The notes under the pieces are model-generated. The model saw nothing but the letters and a program-made list of their open reading frames with translations, did not search any database and was not told where the DNA came from. Shown one piece after another: positions 8,108-16,741 of a stretch of 56,965 nucleotides of DNA (positions are counted from its first letter, which is position 1; each line of letters opens with the position of its first letter). Both the position numbers and the translations under genes were made by a program. Source of the stretch: a virus. Its lineage: Duplodnaviria; Caudoviricetes. Where the stretch lies: positions 1 to 56,965 of the IMG/VR virus record IMGVR_UViG_3300009506_000101, one strand, 5' to 3'.

Positions 8108-8412
8108 GGTTTCTCCTCGACGCACATCTCGTGCGGGCTATCGTCGTCGTACGCCAGGACGAGCCCCGCCACGGCGAGTCCTCCGCCTCCGAGCACGACT
8201 GCAGTCATGACGCGCTTTTCGCCACGGATTGCTCCGTCGCGGTTGGCTCCGATCGTGCCAGCAGCACTCGCCGCCAGCACGCCGACTGTACCCACGACCA
8301 TCCCGACGTGCCGCTGCTGAATGGTCGCTGGGTTGCACGGCTCGGGGCATTCGTACGGTACGGTCTGCGCTGCACAACATGTCAGGAATGCCGCTAGAAA
8401 CAGCCTGCACAT
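8104..8412 (-). CDS. putative lipoprotein with two C-terminal hydrophobic helices
   Basis: MCRLFLAAFLTCC; GMVVGTVGVLAASAAGTIG and AVVLGGGGLAVAGLVLAY. Confidence 0.6.
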   Translation of the reverse strand: MCRLFLAAFLTCCAAQTVPYECPEPCNPATIQQRHVGMVVGTVGVLAASAAGTIGANRDGAIRGEKRVMTAVVLGGGGLAVAGLVLAYDDDSPHEMCVEEKP

Positions 8413-8416
8413 AACA

Positions 8417-10750
8417 TCACTCCGGGTAGTACCTCGTGATCTGATCTACTGTGCCATCGTAGGCCCCGGCACCTGTCGGCACCGAAATCCACTCGATCGG
8501 CCCCCCGTACTCCAACTGCATCGCATCAGGTACCGGCACTGGCGCGGTATACACAGGTGTCAGAGTCACTGGGTATGGGTCCGACCAATCGTCGAGCGTC
8601 TCCACCTCGCACCGCATTGCCCAAAATCCACCGAGACCGCCCAACACCTCCTCGGTGCGAAAGATCAAGATGTAGGCACCACCGCGTTTGAAAATACGCG
8701 CGAACCCAGCGTGCACCGTGCCCTCGTCCTCATTTTGGCGCCACTCACTGACCCAGGATGTCACACAATGAGTTTGCCAACCGGTCGATGTCTTATGTGT
8801 CACATAAAACTGTGTCTTGCCGTCATTCTCTAAATCGCACATATATGCCGCAATCGGACGCCCGTCGTCAGCAACGCACGCCGAGCACGTGACGACCGAC
8901 ATACCTTGGTGCACCGGGACTGCCTGCGCCAGCTCTGCAGTGGCCTTGGTGATCGGCAGAGAGTACGAAGACCCGTCGCTCGTGTGCCACGTCACCCAGT
9001 CATCGCTATAGGCGTACAGCACATCGTGGCGTTCTCCGAGGGTTTCACCTTCAGTCGTGTCGTTGAGCATCCAGAAAGCATGTACACGTCCTGTGTCCGG
9101 GTCTCGCCACGGAGCGAACAGGTAGGCACTCGACGGCTGCTCGGAACCATCCGCCCCATAGTACCACGGACTGCTCGTGTGGATCCGCGAGAACTCACCA
9201 GAGGCAGCGTCCTGACGATACCAGTGCGTGTTTCCGTTACCACTCGCACCGTTGCGAAACACGATGTGCACGTCACCGTCGGGCTGGTGATACGCTTGCG
9301 CGTACGTGCACGAGGATTCGGGACCATCGACAACGATTGGCGTCGACAGGACATCCTCGGCATCTAGCTCGATATCTCCTACCGATGCCCCCTGCAGCCA
9401 CACGTGCGGCTCATTGTGCCCACCGATCGACAAATGCGGAATTCCTCCGCACGTCCATACGCACAGGTTGTTGTGTGCGTCGGTTGTATTCGCGACATCG
9501 GTGACGTGCGTCGTCCACGCCTCGGAGCCGAGTGCGCGCTTGCCGAGTGCGGCGTAGTATCCTGCGGTCTCGTACCACGCGGCGTATTGGACAGCGTTGC
9601 CCACATCGGTCCAAAGTGTCGTGGCAAACCCGCCCACTGACAGCGCGTTGCCAGTGTAGACATCCGCGCCGGTGATCGTCCTGGTGCGAGTAGATGTCCA
9701 CTTCACGAGCTGTCGCACACGCTCGCGCAGGTCGCCCTCGATGACAGACGGATCCAACGCATCGTGGATCACGCAAAACAGATAATAGTCGCTCTGGGCG
9801 AGTTCATCGTAGTCGTCGGTATTGGCTCCGAGCACGCACCGCGTCGCCTCCGGTATATCCGACAGCACAGCCGACGACCCCGTGCTGGTCGGACTCTGTT
9901 CTACCCAGTTACGCCACAGGCGCAGACGGCCGTAGTTCTGGGTGTCCGGATCGGCGTCGATGAAAGTGCCGTCGAACCGGAGCACGAGGACCTCTAGCGT
10001 CTCCTCGCCGCTCGCTGGATAGGGCGAATATTCCCAGGAGACGAATCGCGACGGGCCGACAGATGCGTAGATTCTGTGCGTCGAAATGACACGGTTTAAC
10101 CGAAAGTCGTCCGTGCCTGAATCTTGCGCGTACCAGACATTGGAGACATCGGCAGCCGCTTGCAGCGTACGCGCCACAACGATCATCGTGAGCTGTGAGA
10201 CTCCACTTGTCACTGCTGTGGGCACCTCAAGCGCAGCCTGTGTGTCGACGCTTTTGCGGCACGACACGGCGGAATCAATGCCGTGTGTCACTCGCTCTGG
10301 GCCATGTCCATCGACGCACGGGACGAGATGGCGCGCATTGCCGGAGACATCGGACCACTGCGTGACAACAGCATCGGACAGGTTCAAATGCGTGTCACCG
10401 TAGCGCCCGCCGACGCACAGAATAGCCGGGCCGTACTCCGCCACGAGTGAGGCAGCAGGATCCGCTACCGTCACTGCGAGCGGAGGGGGCACGTGGTAGC
10501 CTCCGGCTGTCATTGCCACGCGAGCGTAGACCTGTTGAGAACCAACGCGAGACAGCGGAACCTCGGTGGTAAACTGCCAGTCAACCTGTGCACCGAAAAC
10601 GCGCCCGAACCACGCGCCACCGGCAAGAGGGTCGCCCCAGTACAGATCCGTGCGCTCCGCGCCGGATGGCGACGTGCCGGTAATCGTGATCTCTGCGCCT
10701 CCTGTCGCCATCATGACTCCGTCATAAAGGGATAGAGGCAGCGCAACCAC
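8417..10750 (-). CDS. virion protein: lectin/LamG-like domain plus BNR_4-type beta-propeller (putative polysaccharide lyase/depolymerase)
   Basis: VTQWSDVSGNARHL; DAHN, HLS..GHN, TY, FRNGASGNG, HDVLYAYSDDWVTW Asp-box, LPIT. Confidence 0.75.
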   Translation of the reverse strand: MVALPLSLYDGVMMATGGAEITITGTSPSGAERTDLYWGDPLAGGAWFGRVFGAQVDWQFTTEVPLSRVGSQQVYARVAMTAGGYHVPPPLAVTVADPAASLVAEYGPAILCVGGRYGDTHLNLSDAVVTQWSDVSGNARHLVPCVDGHGPERVTHGIDSAVSCRKSVDTQAALEVPTAVTSGVSQLTMIVVARTLQAAADVSNVWYAQDSGTDDFRLNRVISTHRIYASVGPSRFVSWEYSPYPASGEETLEVLVLRFDGTFIDADPDTQNYGRLRLWRNWVEQSPTSTGSSAVLSDIPEATRCVLGANTDDYDELAQSDYYLFCVIHDALDPSVIEGDLRERVRQLVKWTSTRTRTITGADVYTGNALSVGGFATTLWTDVGNAVQYAAWYETAGYYAALGKRALGSEAWTTHVTDVANTTDAHNNLCVWTCGGIPHLSIGGHNEPHVWLQGASVGDIELDAEDVLSTPIVVDGPESSCTYAQAYHQPDGDVHIVFRNGASGNGNTHWYRQDAASGEFSRIHTSSPWYYGADGSEQPSSAYLFAPWRDPDTGRVHAFWMLNDTTEGETLGERHDVLYAYSDDWVTWHTSDGSSYSLPITKATAELAQAVPVHQGMSVVTCSACVADDGRPIAAYMCDLENDGKTQFYVTHKTSTGWQTHCVTSWVSEWRQNEDEGTVHAGFARIFKRGGAYILIFRTEEVLGGLGGFWAMRCEVETLDDWSDPYPVTLTPVYTAPVPVPDAMQLEYGGPIEWISVPTGAGAYDGTVDQITRYYPE

Positions 10751-12077
10751 CTCGTGCAGCTGAGATATTTGCCAGCGTCAGAATGTTGGTCCAACATTGC
10801 GCTGTCATGCCTGTTATGCGGAGTTTTGCGCTGAGCTGCCAGTCGCCCGCGTAGGCGCCATCATATCTAGCCAGCAGCGAGTATCCACGTATGTTGAATG
10901 TACCTGGAGAACCTGCGAGCACGGTCCCAGCCGCGTGTGTCCCGTCGGTGAGGTAGTACTCGATCGCGCTTGACGCGCCGTTGAATGTGCTTCGCGTGAT
11001 CGACCCCAGCGCAGTGGATCCGCTGTGCGCGCTGTCCACCGTGGCTGTGCCAGCAAATAGCGCAAGTGGTCCACCGTTACCATCGTAAACCATCGTGCAA
11101 TTCGCCGCGCTGATGGCACCGCCAACCGACCGATAAAAATTCACGGAGGAACCGTGGACCCCAACGTCGATCTCAGTGAACGGCTGCGACGTCACGAGGG
11201 CTGATAGTGGCGTCGTCGATAGCAGGTATGCAGATGAATTCCCGATGATTCCTTTGCGACCTCCGAGCTTCGTGATTGCTCCAATTGGAGGGCCAGAGCC
11301 ACCACCGGGTATCAGCACATCGGCAGCTGTGCCTCCGGTCTGCGGAGTAGCGCTCGTGCACAGGCCGCCTGATTCCGTGTAGTACCCGGTGCGGTCAAAA
11401 TCGTAGTGCAGTACGAGCGTTGACGTGTCTGCAGCAGCAGTAACAGCCGCATCCCATCCTGTCCAGATAGGGGCGCTCTGGCTCGCGAGCGCTGCTCCTC
11501 CGATCGACTTGCGGCGCACATACAGCGTGGCGCGCTCCGGCGACGCGATACCATCGGACCATGCTGGCGTGACATTGCCGCTGCCCGTGCCGCTGCTGAC
11601 AGTGATCTCGCCATTGGTCGTCGCGAAATCGCTCTGCCAGCTGGTCTCGTAAACTCCGTCATATCCGGTCAGAGACACGCTAGTAGCCGTGTCCGTGATG
11701 AACGTCGTGCCGGGTGCAGGCGACGAGAACGCGACGCCTGGAACAACTGTACACGCCAACGTCGCGAGCGCAGCGCTTCCGCCGACGGGGCGGACGTACA
11801 GAATGGTTTCTCCCAGGTCCCCGGCAATTGCTGTCGCGTTTAGGGACCAGGCACCTCCGCCGGGAATGACGCCGCTGGTCCCGCAAATGACAGAAAAGTC
11901 TGAGCGGAATGAGGCCTCGATCGTGAGACCCACAAGTCCCGACGACGTCCCCGAGACCGCAGTCGCGACACCGACCAAGAATTCTGTTGCAGGCGCTGGA
12001 GACGTGATCTCAGCGGCCACCCGCCGACTCGAACCGCCTGAAAACTTCGGCATACCGATACCTATCCCGATCCGCAT
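10722..12077 (-). CDS. virion protein with Ig-like repeats and lectin-like C-terminal domain
   Basis: MRIGIGIG start; two ITSPAP/FSSPAP..LYVR modules; beta-rich C-terminus. Confidence 0.7.
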   Translation of the reverse strand: MRIGIGIGMPKFSGGSSRRVAAEITSPAPATEFLVGVATAVSGTSSGLVGLTIEASFRSDFSVICGTSGVIPGGGAWSLNATAIAGDLGETILYVRPVGGSAALATLACTVVPGVAFSSPAPGTTFITDTATSVSLTGYDGVYETSWQSDFATTNGEITVSSGTGSGNVTPAWSDGIASPERATLYVRRKSIGGAALASQSAPIWTGWDAAVTAAADTSTLVLHYDFDRTGYYTESGGLCTSATPQTGGTAADVLIPGGGSGPPIGAITKLGGRKGIIGNSSAYLLSTTPLSALVTSQPFTEIDVGVHGSSVNFYRSVGGAISAANCTMVYDGNGGPLALFAGTATVDSAHSGSTALGSITRSTFNGASSAIEYYLTDGTHAAGTVLAGSPGTFNIRGYSLLARYDGAYAGDWQLSAKLRITGMTAQCWTNILTLANISAARGGCAASIPL

Positions 12078-12084
12078 GGCGACC

Positions 12085-12510
12085 TCAGAGAGCCGGATCG
12101 ATTAGACGCCAATTGCGTTGCATCGCGACCGCCCAGCCGTCGAACTGGTCTTCCTCGCCTGGCGCCGTGTCCTCGAGTCCGTTCGGGCTCAGGATCAACA
12201 TCGCGAGCGCTGTAGACTGCTCGACACCATCGTTGGTCGTGAGCTTCAAGCGAATGAGGTACTTCCCCCATTCGTCCATCGTGAATTGAGGGGGCGTCCC
12301 GCCGTAGTACGTGAAGATGCCCGAGACATCGGTCCAGCCCGCCGGCACCGTGAATGCCGGAGGGTAGGCGTAGATCTCCCACGTCTCGGCAACGACGCCG
12401 GTCGTGGCATCGCGGTCCAGGTCGACGGTGTCGCCCGTCGACAGTCCCGTGATTCCGCCGTACTGAAACGCCCCCGAGTTGATCGATGCCTTGGGTGTTG
12501 CGGTCGTCAT
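12085..12510 (-). CDS. putative virion structural protein (PKD/Ig-like)
   Basis: Beta-rich; FTMDEWGKYLIRLKLT; fibre region. Confidence 0.6.
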   Translation of the reverse strand: MTTATPKASINSGAFQYGGITGLSTGDTVDLDRDATTGVVAETWEIYAYPPAFTVPAGWTDVSGIFTYYGGTPPQFTMDEWGKYLIRLKLTTNDGVEQSTALAMLILSPNGLEDTAPGEEDQFDGWAVAMQRNWRLIDPAL

Positions 12511-12848
12511 TGTCGTGCTATCCTCGTGTCGTGCTGGCGTTGCGGATTGCGGCGGAAGTGATCAGGCAGGGGTGGGGATGGCTGCCGGCGCCTGTGCTGT
12601 GTCGGGTCGTGCTGGCGGCATTCCGCCAGTGCGGTGGCCGCGGAATATGGCGGCAGTGCGGAGTATGCGGTCGTCTCGTGAGTCCAGAGGAGCACCGGAC
12701 CGCCATCATCCATCACGTCGGGGGTGGCATCATCTGGACGGAGCATCGGGAGCACCAACCGATGCGGTGCGGCCACACGCCCAAGCAGAGCTCCGTTGCC
12801 AGCAGACTAGTTTGACCAGTCGGCCTCCGCGGGCTAGCTTTCTGAAGC

Positions 12849-13178
12849 ATGAGAACGATCATGCTGTCCTGGATGCTGATCGCTGCGGGGTGCGGAGGCT
12901 TCGATTCCGGAGACCTGCCTGACCTCGCTCCGATCGAATGGAAGGCAACGATTACCTGCGAGACATCCGTGCCGCTTGCCGTCGAGGAGCCGATTGACGT
13001 CACGGACGGCTGGTCATGCATGGCGCTCAAGCCGCGCGACCGGTACGCATGGATCCGCTGCTGGCGAGACGACGCTGAGTTCGAGGTCGCTGGGACGTGC
13101 GGGGTAGGCTCGACCAGCTCCATGGCCTACATTGACGAATGCAAGATCAAGCTCGACTGCTCTGGGGCGCCGCTCTGA
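12849..13178 (+). CDS. Cys-rich lipoprotein (moron; candidate superinfection exclusion)
   Basis: MRTIMLSWMLIAAGC lipobox; antisense to structural operon. Confidence 0.7.
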   Translation: MRTIMLSWMLIAAGCGGFDSGDLPDLAPIEWKATITCETSVPLAVEEPIDVTDGWSCMALKPRDRYAWIRCWRDDAEFEVAGTCGVGSTSSMAYIDECKIKLDCSGAPL

Positions 13179-13193
13179 TAGGAGAAATATAGC

Positions 13194-13436
13194 ATGCAAA
13201 CAGCAACACTATCGATGCACGAAAGCAAACAAGGAACCTGTCTGAGCCTGTCGGTCGCGTGGTTCTGCGTCGACCACATCGCCTATCTGACGATGGCGGT
13301 CGACCCTGACAAGTCGGTCGCAAGCATGATCGTCGATGCGCGCGCCAGCATCGAGGCCGAGCGCAAGCGGTACCTAGAGGAGCTTCAGCATCCGGAGCAG
13401 CCAAGCGCTCCCGTGCTCATGACATCCGGTCAGTAG
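13194..13436 (+). CDS. hypothetical protein
   Basis: AGGAG RBS upstream; follows the lipoprotein. Confidence 0.55.
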   Translation: MQTATLSMHESKQGTCLSLSVAWFCVDHIAYLTMAVDPDKSVASMIVDARASIEAERKRYLEELQHPEQPSAPVLMTSGQ

Positions 13437-14071
13437 ACGGCTCTGCCGGCGTGCCCAACCACAACCTCGGTATGGCGCCACAGGTCCAGCCCCATCTCAC
13501 TAGCCCGCATGCTAAATGCGAAATCGTCTCGCGCGTACACCAGTTCTCCTGGTCGACTGATCTCGTTCCAGACTGTCTCGACCAGCCCGACGCCTTCGAC
13601 GCTGTATCTCTGCACGTCCCTATGGGCACACGCGAGTTTGACGGCCCGCCGCGTCAACAGCAGAAAACCACCCGCGACGGCTTTGCACCGAACGAGCTTT
13701 CCATCTTGTCCTAGAACCCCCAGGCCAGCGATCGACCCGCTCCCATCCTTCTGCCTGTGGGTAGCTGAGATCACGTCCTTGCCGGTCTCGAGCAGAGCCA
13801 GCAGGTTGTCGACATGCCAGCAGATGTCGCTGTCGATGAAAGCCAAGTGTGTAGCGTCGCTCAGGAGAAACTGGTGCGTGCGTATGTTACGCTCGTCCTC
13901 GATGTAGTGGCCAGAGAGCTGCTCCATAAAGGCGATGAGCGGGCGCCCTTCCGCGCCGTTGCAGTACGAGATCGCGGACTCTCTACCGTAGACGTATCCC
14001 CAGTCCGGATGTTGCCATCCCTTCGGCGTCACGACGCAGAATCGTGTTTGGCTCACGCTACCCTCTTCCAT
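13430..14071 (-). CDS. GT-A/GT2-like glycosyltransferase
   Basis: RN...HQFL, THLAFIDSDI (DxD), GGFLLLTR, DDFAFSMRA..G, GH. Confidence 0.85.
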   Translation of the reverse strand: MEEGSVSQTRFCVVTPKGWQHPDWGYVYGRESAISYCNGAEGRPLIAFMEQLSGHYIEDERNIRTHQFLLSDATHLAFIDSDICWHVDNLLALLETGKDVISATHRQKDGSGSIAGLGVLGQDGKLVRCKAVAGGFLLLTRRAVKLACAHRDVQRYSVEGVGLVETVWNEISRPGELVYARDDFAFSMRASEMGLDLWRHTEVVVGHAGRAVY

Positions 14072-15708
14072 CTCGCATAGACGATGTATTCCATTTTGTG
14101 ATCCGACGAGCCAGTTGTCCCGGAACCGTCGCTGCCGGATGTTGCTGGATTTGCCGACCCCGTCGTGTCGTTGCTAGGCGCTCCCGAGGTCAGCGGTCCA
14201 GTGTCCTGCGTGTAGTTGTACGGAGAGATCGGTTGTGATCCGTACAGCGCCGGGTCGTCTCCAGCGAGCTCCGTGTTGGCCGTCGACGGGACTCCTGTCG
14301 CGACGGCGCCGGCTGACGATGTGTCCGTCGGGACTGGAGTCCCGCTCGGGTTCGCGCCGCCGTAGCTCGTATAATCGGCACTCGGGACTCCTGTCGGGGC
14401 AGAGCCGCCATACCCGCTCAGGTTTGGGCTTGGTGCTCCAGTGTCGGCCGTGCCAGATGCTCCGGTGTCAGCCGTGCTCGGGCCACCTGTTGCGCCTGTT
14501 CCTGCGGCTCCGGTGTCAGCCGTGCTCGGGCCACCTGTTGCGCCTGTTCCTGCGGCACTAGTGTTGCCGCTGTTGCCATTAGATGTCAGTAGTCCACTCG
14601 AACCAGTGTAGTCTGGGTTTGCGGCGTCGGTGTCACCAGTGCCGCTATAGGACGTGTAGTTGTTGCTTGGACTGTCGCTGTTCGCTGTATCGGTATCTCC
14701 TGTTTTGTACGCGCTCGACGTTCCTGTGTTCGAACTTGTAACTAAAGCCGCCATTATTGTATACGGGCCAGTCGCCACGCTGCCATGATACAGCAGCTGG
14801 TATGTCGATCCAGAGAGTCCTATCACGGATGCATGAGCGTGCGGGATCGGGTGGCTGTGGCCGCTGAGTGTGTGACGATGTGATGGTCCAGCGTGGACGT
14901 GTGCCGATAGACTATGTGTGTGCGCATCGATCGTATGCGTGTGCCCGTTAAGCGTGTGCACGTGACTCGGACCCGTGTGCGTGTGCGACGACATGTCATG
15001 CACGTGACTCGGACCCGTGTGCGTGTGCGACGACATGTCATGCACGTGCGACGGTCCTGGGTGCACGTGACTCGCAAGCGAGTGCGTGTGCGACGGGCCA
15101 TCGTGCGTATGCGCGCTGAGAGTATGGTTGTGAGACGGGCCGTTGTGATAATGGTCCGCCATGTCGTGCACGTGCGCTCCGCCCGTGTGCGTGTGCGAGC
15201 TCATGCCGTGTGCGTGCGACGGCATCGCGTGCACGTGCGGCATCGCGTGGTTGTGGGCAGCGATGTCGTGCATGTGAGCGCTGAGCGTGTGATCATGCGA
15301 GATGTCGTGCGTATGGGCTCCGATAGAGTGGTCGTGCTCGACCGATCCCCCAGTCTCCTCGATCGTGTCGCACCAGAGTTGGCCAGTGTCCTGACCGACG
15401 ACAACCAGCCCCTCGCCGCACTTCTCCCAAGTCCCATATCCGAACAGCGTATTGGCGTCAGTCCCGACCGCGAGCTCGACTACCATTCCGATCGGCAATT
15501 GGAGCGCCGCCTCGCAGTCGTCGAAGAGCGCGCACAGAACGGTCGCGAGCCCCTTGGCCTGTGCCGCTAGCTCTGGGGCCTTGTTGCGCTTCTCGTCCGA
15601 GTAGTTCCAGAAGTAAATCAGTTGCTGGAAAATCGTCCAGGAAAGACCCGATCCTCGATACTGGTCCGAAGACCCATCGAGCAGCACGTCCCCTACGGTA
15701 CAGGTCAT
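14053..15708 (-). CDS. needle-type tail fibre with 25 HxH motifs (T4 gp10/gp12/gp37 collar-and-needle-like)
   Basis: LPIG..P/ANTLFGYGTWE..G..VVG...TGG collar start and YIVYARWKRVA end enclose an HxH array, a tip and Thr/Gly repeats. Confidence 0.85.
   Translation of the reverse strand: MTCTVGDVLLDGSSDQYRGSGLSWTIFQQLIYFWNYSDEKRNKAPELAAQAKGLATVLCALFDDCEAALQLPIGMVVELAVGTDANTLFGYGTWEKCGEGLVVVGQDTGQLWCDTIEETGGSVEHDHSIGAHTHDISHDHTLSAHMHDIAAHNHAMPHVHAMPSHAHGMSSHTHTGGAHVHDMADHYHNGPSHNHTLSAHTHDGPSHTHSLASHVHPGPSHVHDMSSHTHTGPSHVHDMSSHTHTGPSHVHTLNGHTHTIDAHTHSLSAHVHAGPSHRHTLSGHSHPIPHAHASVIGLSGSTYQLLYHGSVATGPYTIMAALVTSSNTGTSSAYKTGDTDTANSDSPSNNYTSYSGTGDTDAANPDYTGSSGLLTSNGNSGNTSAAGTGATGGPSTADTGAAGTGATGGPSTADTGASGTADTGAPSPNLSGYGGSAPTGVPSADYTSYGGANPSGTPVPTDTSSAGAVATGVPSTANTELAGDDPALYGSQPISPYNYTQDTGPLTSGAPSNDTTGSANPATSGSDGSGTTGSSDHKMEYIVYARWKRVA
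14461..14556. repeat. exact 48-bp tandem duplication (AAGTGATGGPSTADTG x2)
   Basis: tccggtgtcagccgtgctcgggccacctgttgcgcctgttcctgcggc twice. Confidence 0.95.
14957..15048. repeat. exact 42-bp tandem duplication (DMSSHTHTGPSHVH, about 2.2 copies)
   Basis: tgcacgtgactcggacccgtgtgcgtgtgcgacgacatgtca twice plus tgcacgtg. Confidence 0.95.
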
Positions 15709-16739
15709 CCAAGCCCTGCTAGATCCTCAAACGTGACTCGGACATTTGCCTTGAACCACTTCGCGCCCTGAACCGCATTGGTCCCAGACTCGGTCTGCAT
15801 CTCCACGACGATGAACTCGTTGCTGGCCAGTAGCGTCGTAAGTCCAGTCGCGACCGTCAACGAATGCGCAGACTCGTAGGTGGGTTGTGAGCTCGTGTCA
15901 GCCGTAGAATCCAGCGCTGTCCTGCCTCCCGTGTCTCCGTTGACCTTCCATACGTTGAAGGTCGTCAGGTTCGCTGGTGGCCAAGTCCCGTGTGCCGGAC
16001 CCTCCCAATAGACCTCAATGTCGGTCACGGTCAGCCACCCAGGGACCTCGCAGATGTAGTAGAGCGACGTCTGGGACGCCGTGCTGCAGACGATCCCGAG
16101 ACCGTCATGGGACCAGTTGGCGTAGTTCTGAAACTGCACGTATCCGCGCAGCGGGATCCAACGATAGCCACCTGGCATCGTGGGATAGTTCCCGAGCGAG
16201 AATGTCATGGTTCCGTGCGCGCCAACCGCGAATGTTCCTGCGGCAGACCCTCCAAGCGTGCTCGTGCCCTCGAGAGTAGCGGTGGCGCCCGCGTCTTGGA
16301 CGAGCGAAGAGCCAGTCTTGAACGTAACGACCGAGCCACCATATGCATCGACGGCTGACCCCGACTGCAAGTTGAGCAGCCCTCCCGACTTGTGTCGGAT
16401 CGTTCCTTCGATGTCTAGGTATCCGCCCAACTCGATAGTCGCGATCCCACCCGTCGCGATCCTCAGTTCTCCACCCGACACGACCGCGATGAATCCGCCC
16501 GAATCCACCGTGAGTGTGTTGCCACTCGTGACGTGGGAACTCTGCATGTCATCGACCGTCAGTGGCCCCGTGACCTGCATGCCAAGGCCGCCGATTATGA
16601 TTGCGGCTGCCGGAGCCCACGTCCCGCCCTGGTCGCCATTGATCGACTCATAGGAGTACGTGTCAAGCTGCTGGGCCTCGGTCCCGAGGACTACTCCAGT
16701 CCAAGGTGCGTCAACTCTGATGCGTGCGTTGTGTGCCAT
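15705..16739 (-). CDS. proximal tail fibre / baseplate-associated protein
   Basis: INGDQGGTWAP, beta-solenoid-like SGG repeats, beta-sandwich C-terminus; follows gp48-like gene. Confidence 0.7.
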   Translation of the reverse strand: MAHNARIRVDAPWTGVVLGTEAQQLDTYSYESINGDQGGTWAPAAAIIIGGLGMQVTGPLTVDDMQSSHVTSGNTLTVDSGGFIAVVSGGELRIATGGIATIELGGYLDIEGTIRHKSGGLLNLQSGSAVDAYGGSVVTFKTGSSLVQDAGATATLEGTSTLGGSAAGTFAVGAHGTMTFSLGNYPTMPGGYRWIPLRGYVQFQNYANWSHDGLGIVCSTASQTSLYYICEVPGWLTVTDIEVYWEGPAHGTWPPANLTTFNVWKVNGDTGGRTALDSTADTSSQPTYESAHSLTVATGLTTLLASNEFIVVEMQTESGTNAVQGAKWFKANVRVTFEDLAGLG

Positions 16740-16741
16740 GA

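Noticed and set aside
14461-15048. CRISPR-like array
   Set aside because: Repeats are contiguous with no spacers and preserve the reading frame
14914-15570. + strand ORF rich in VHV/RVRV repeats
   Set aside because: Antisense shadow of the HxH array in the fibre gene
8417-16739. Diversity-generating retroelement or invertase-driven fibre switching
   Set aside because: No reverse transcriptase or recombinase ORF, and no TR/VR pair with adenine-specific mismatches seen; the repeats found are exact in-frame tandem duplications
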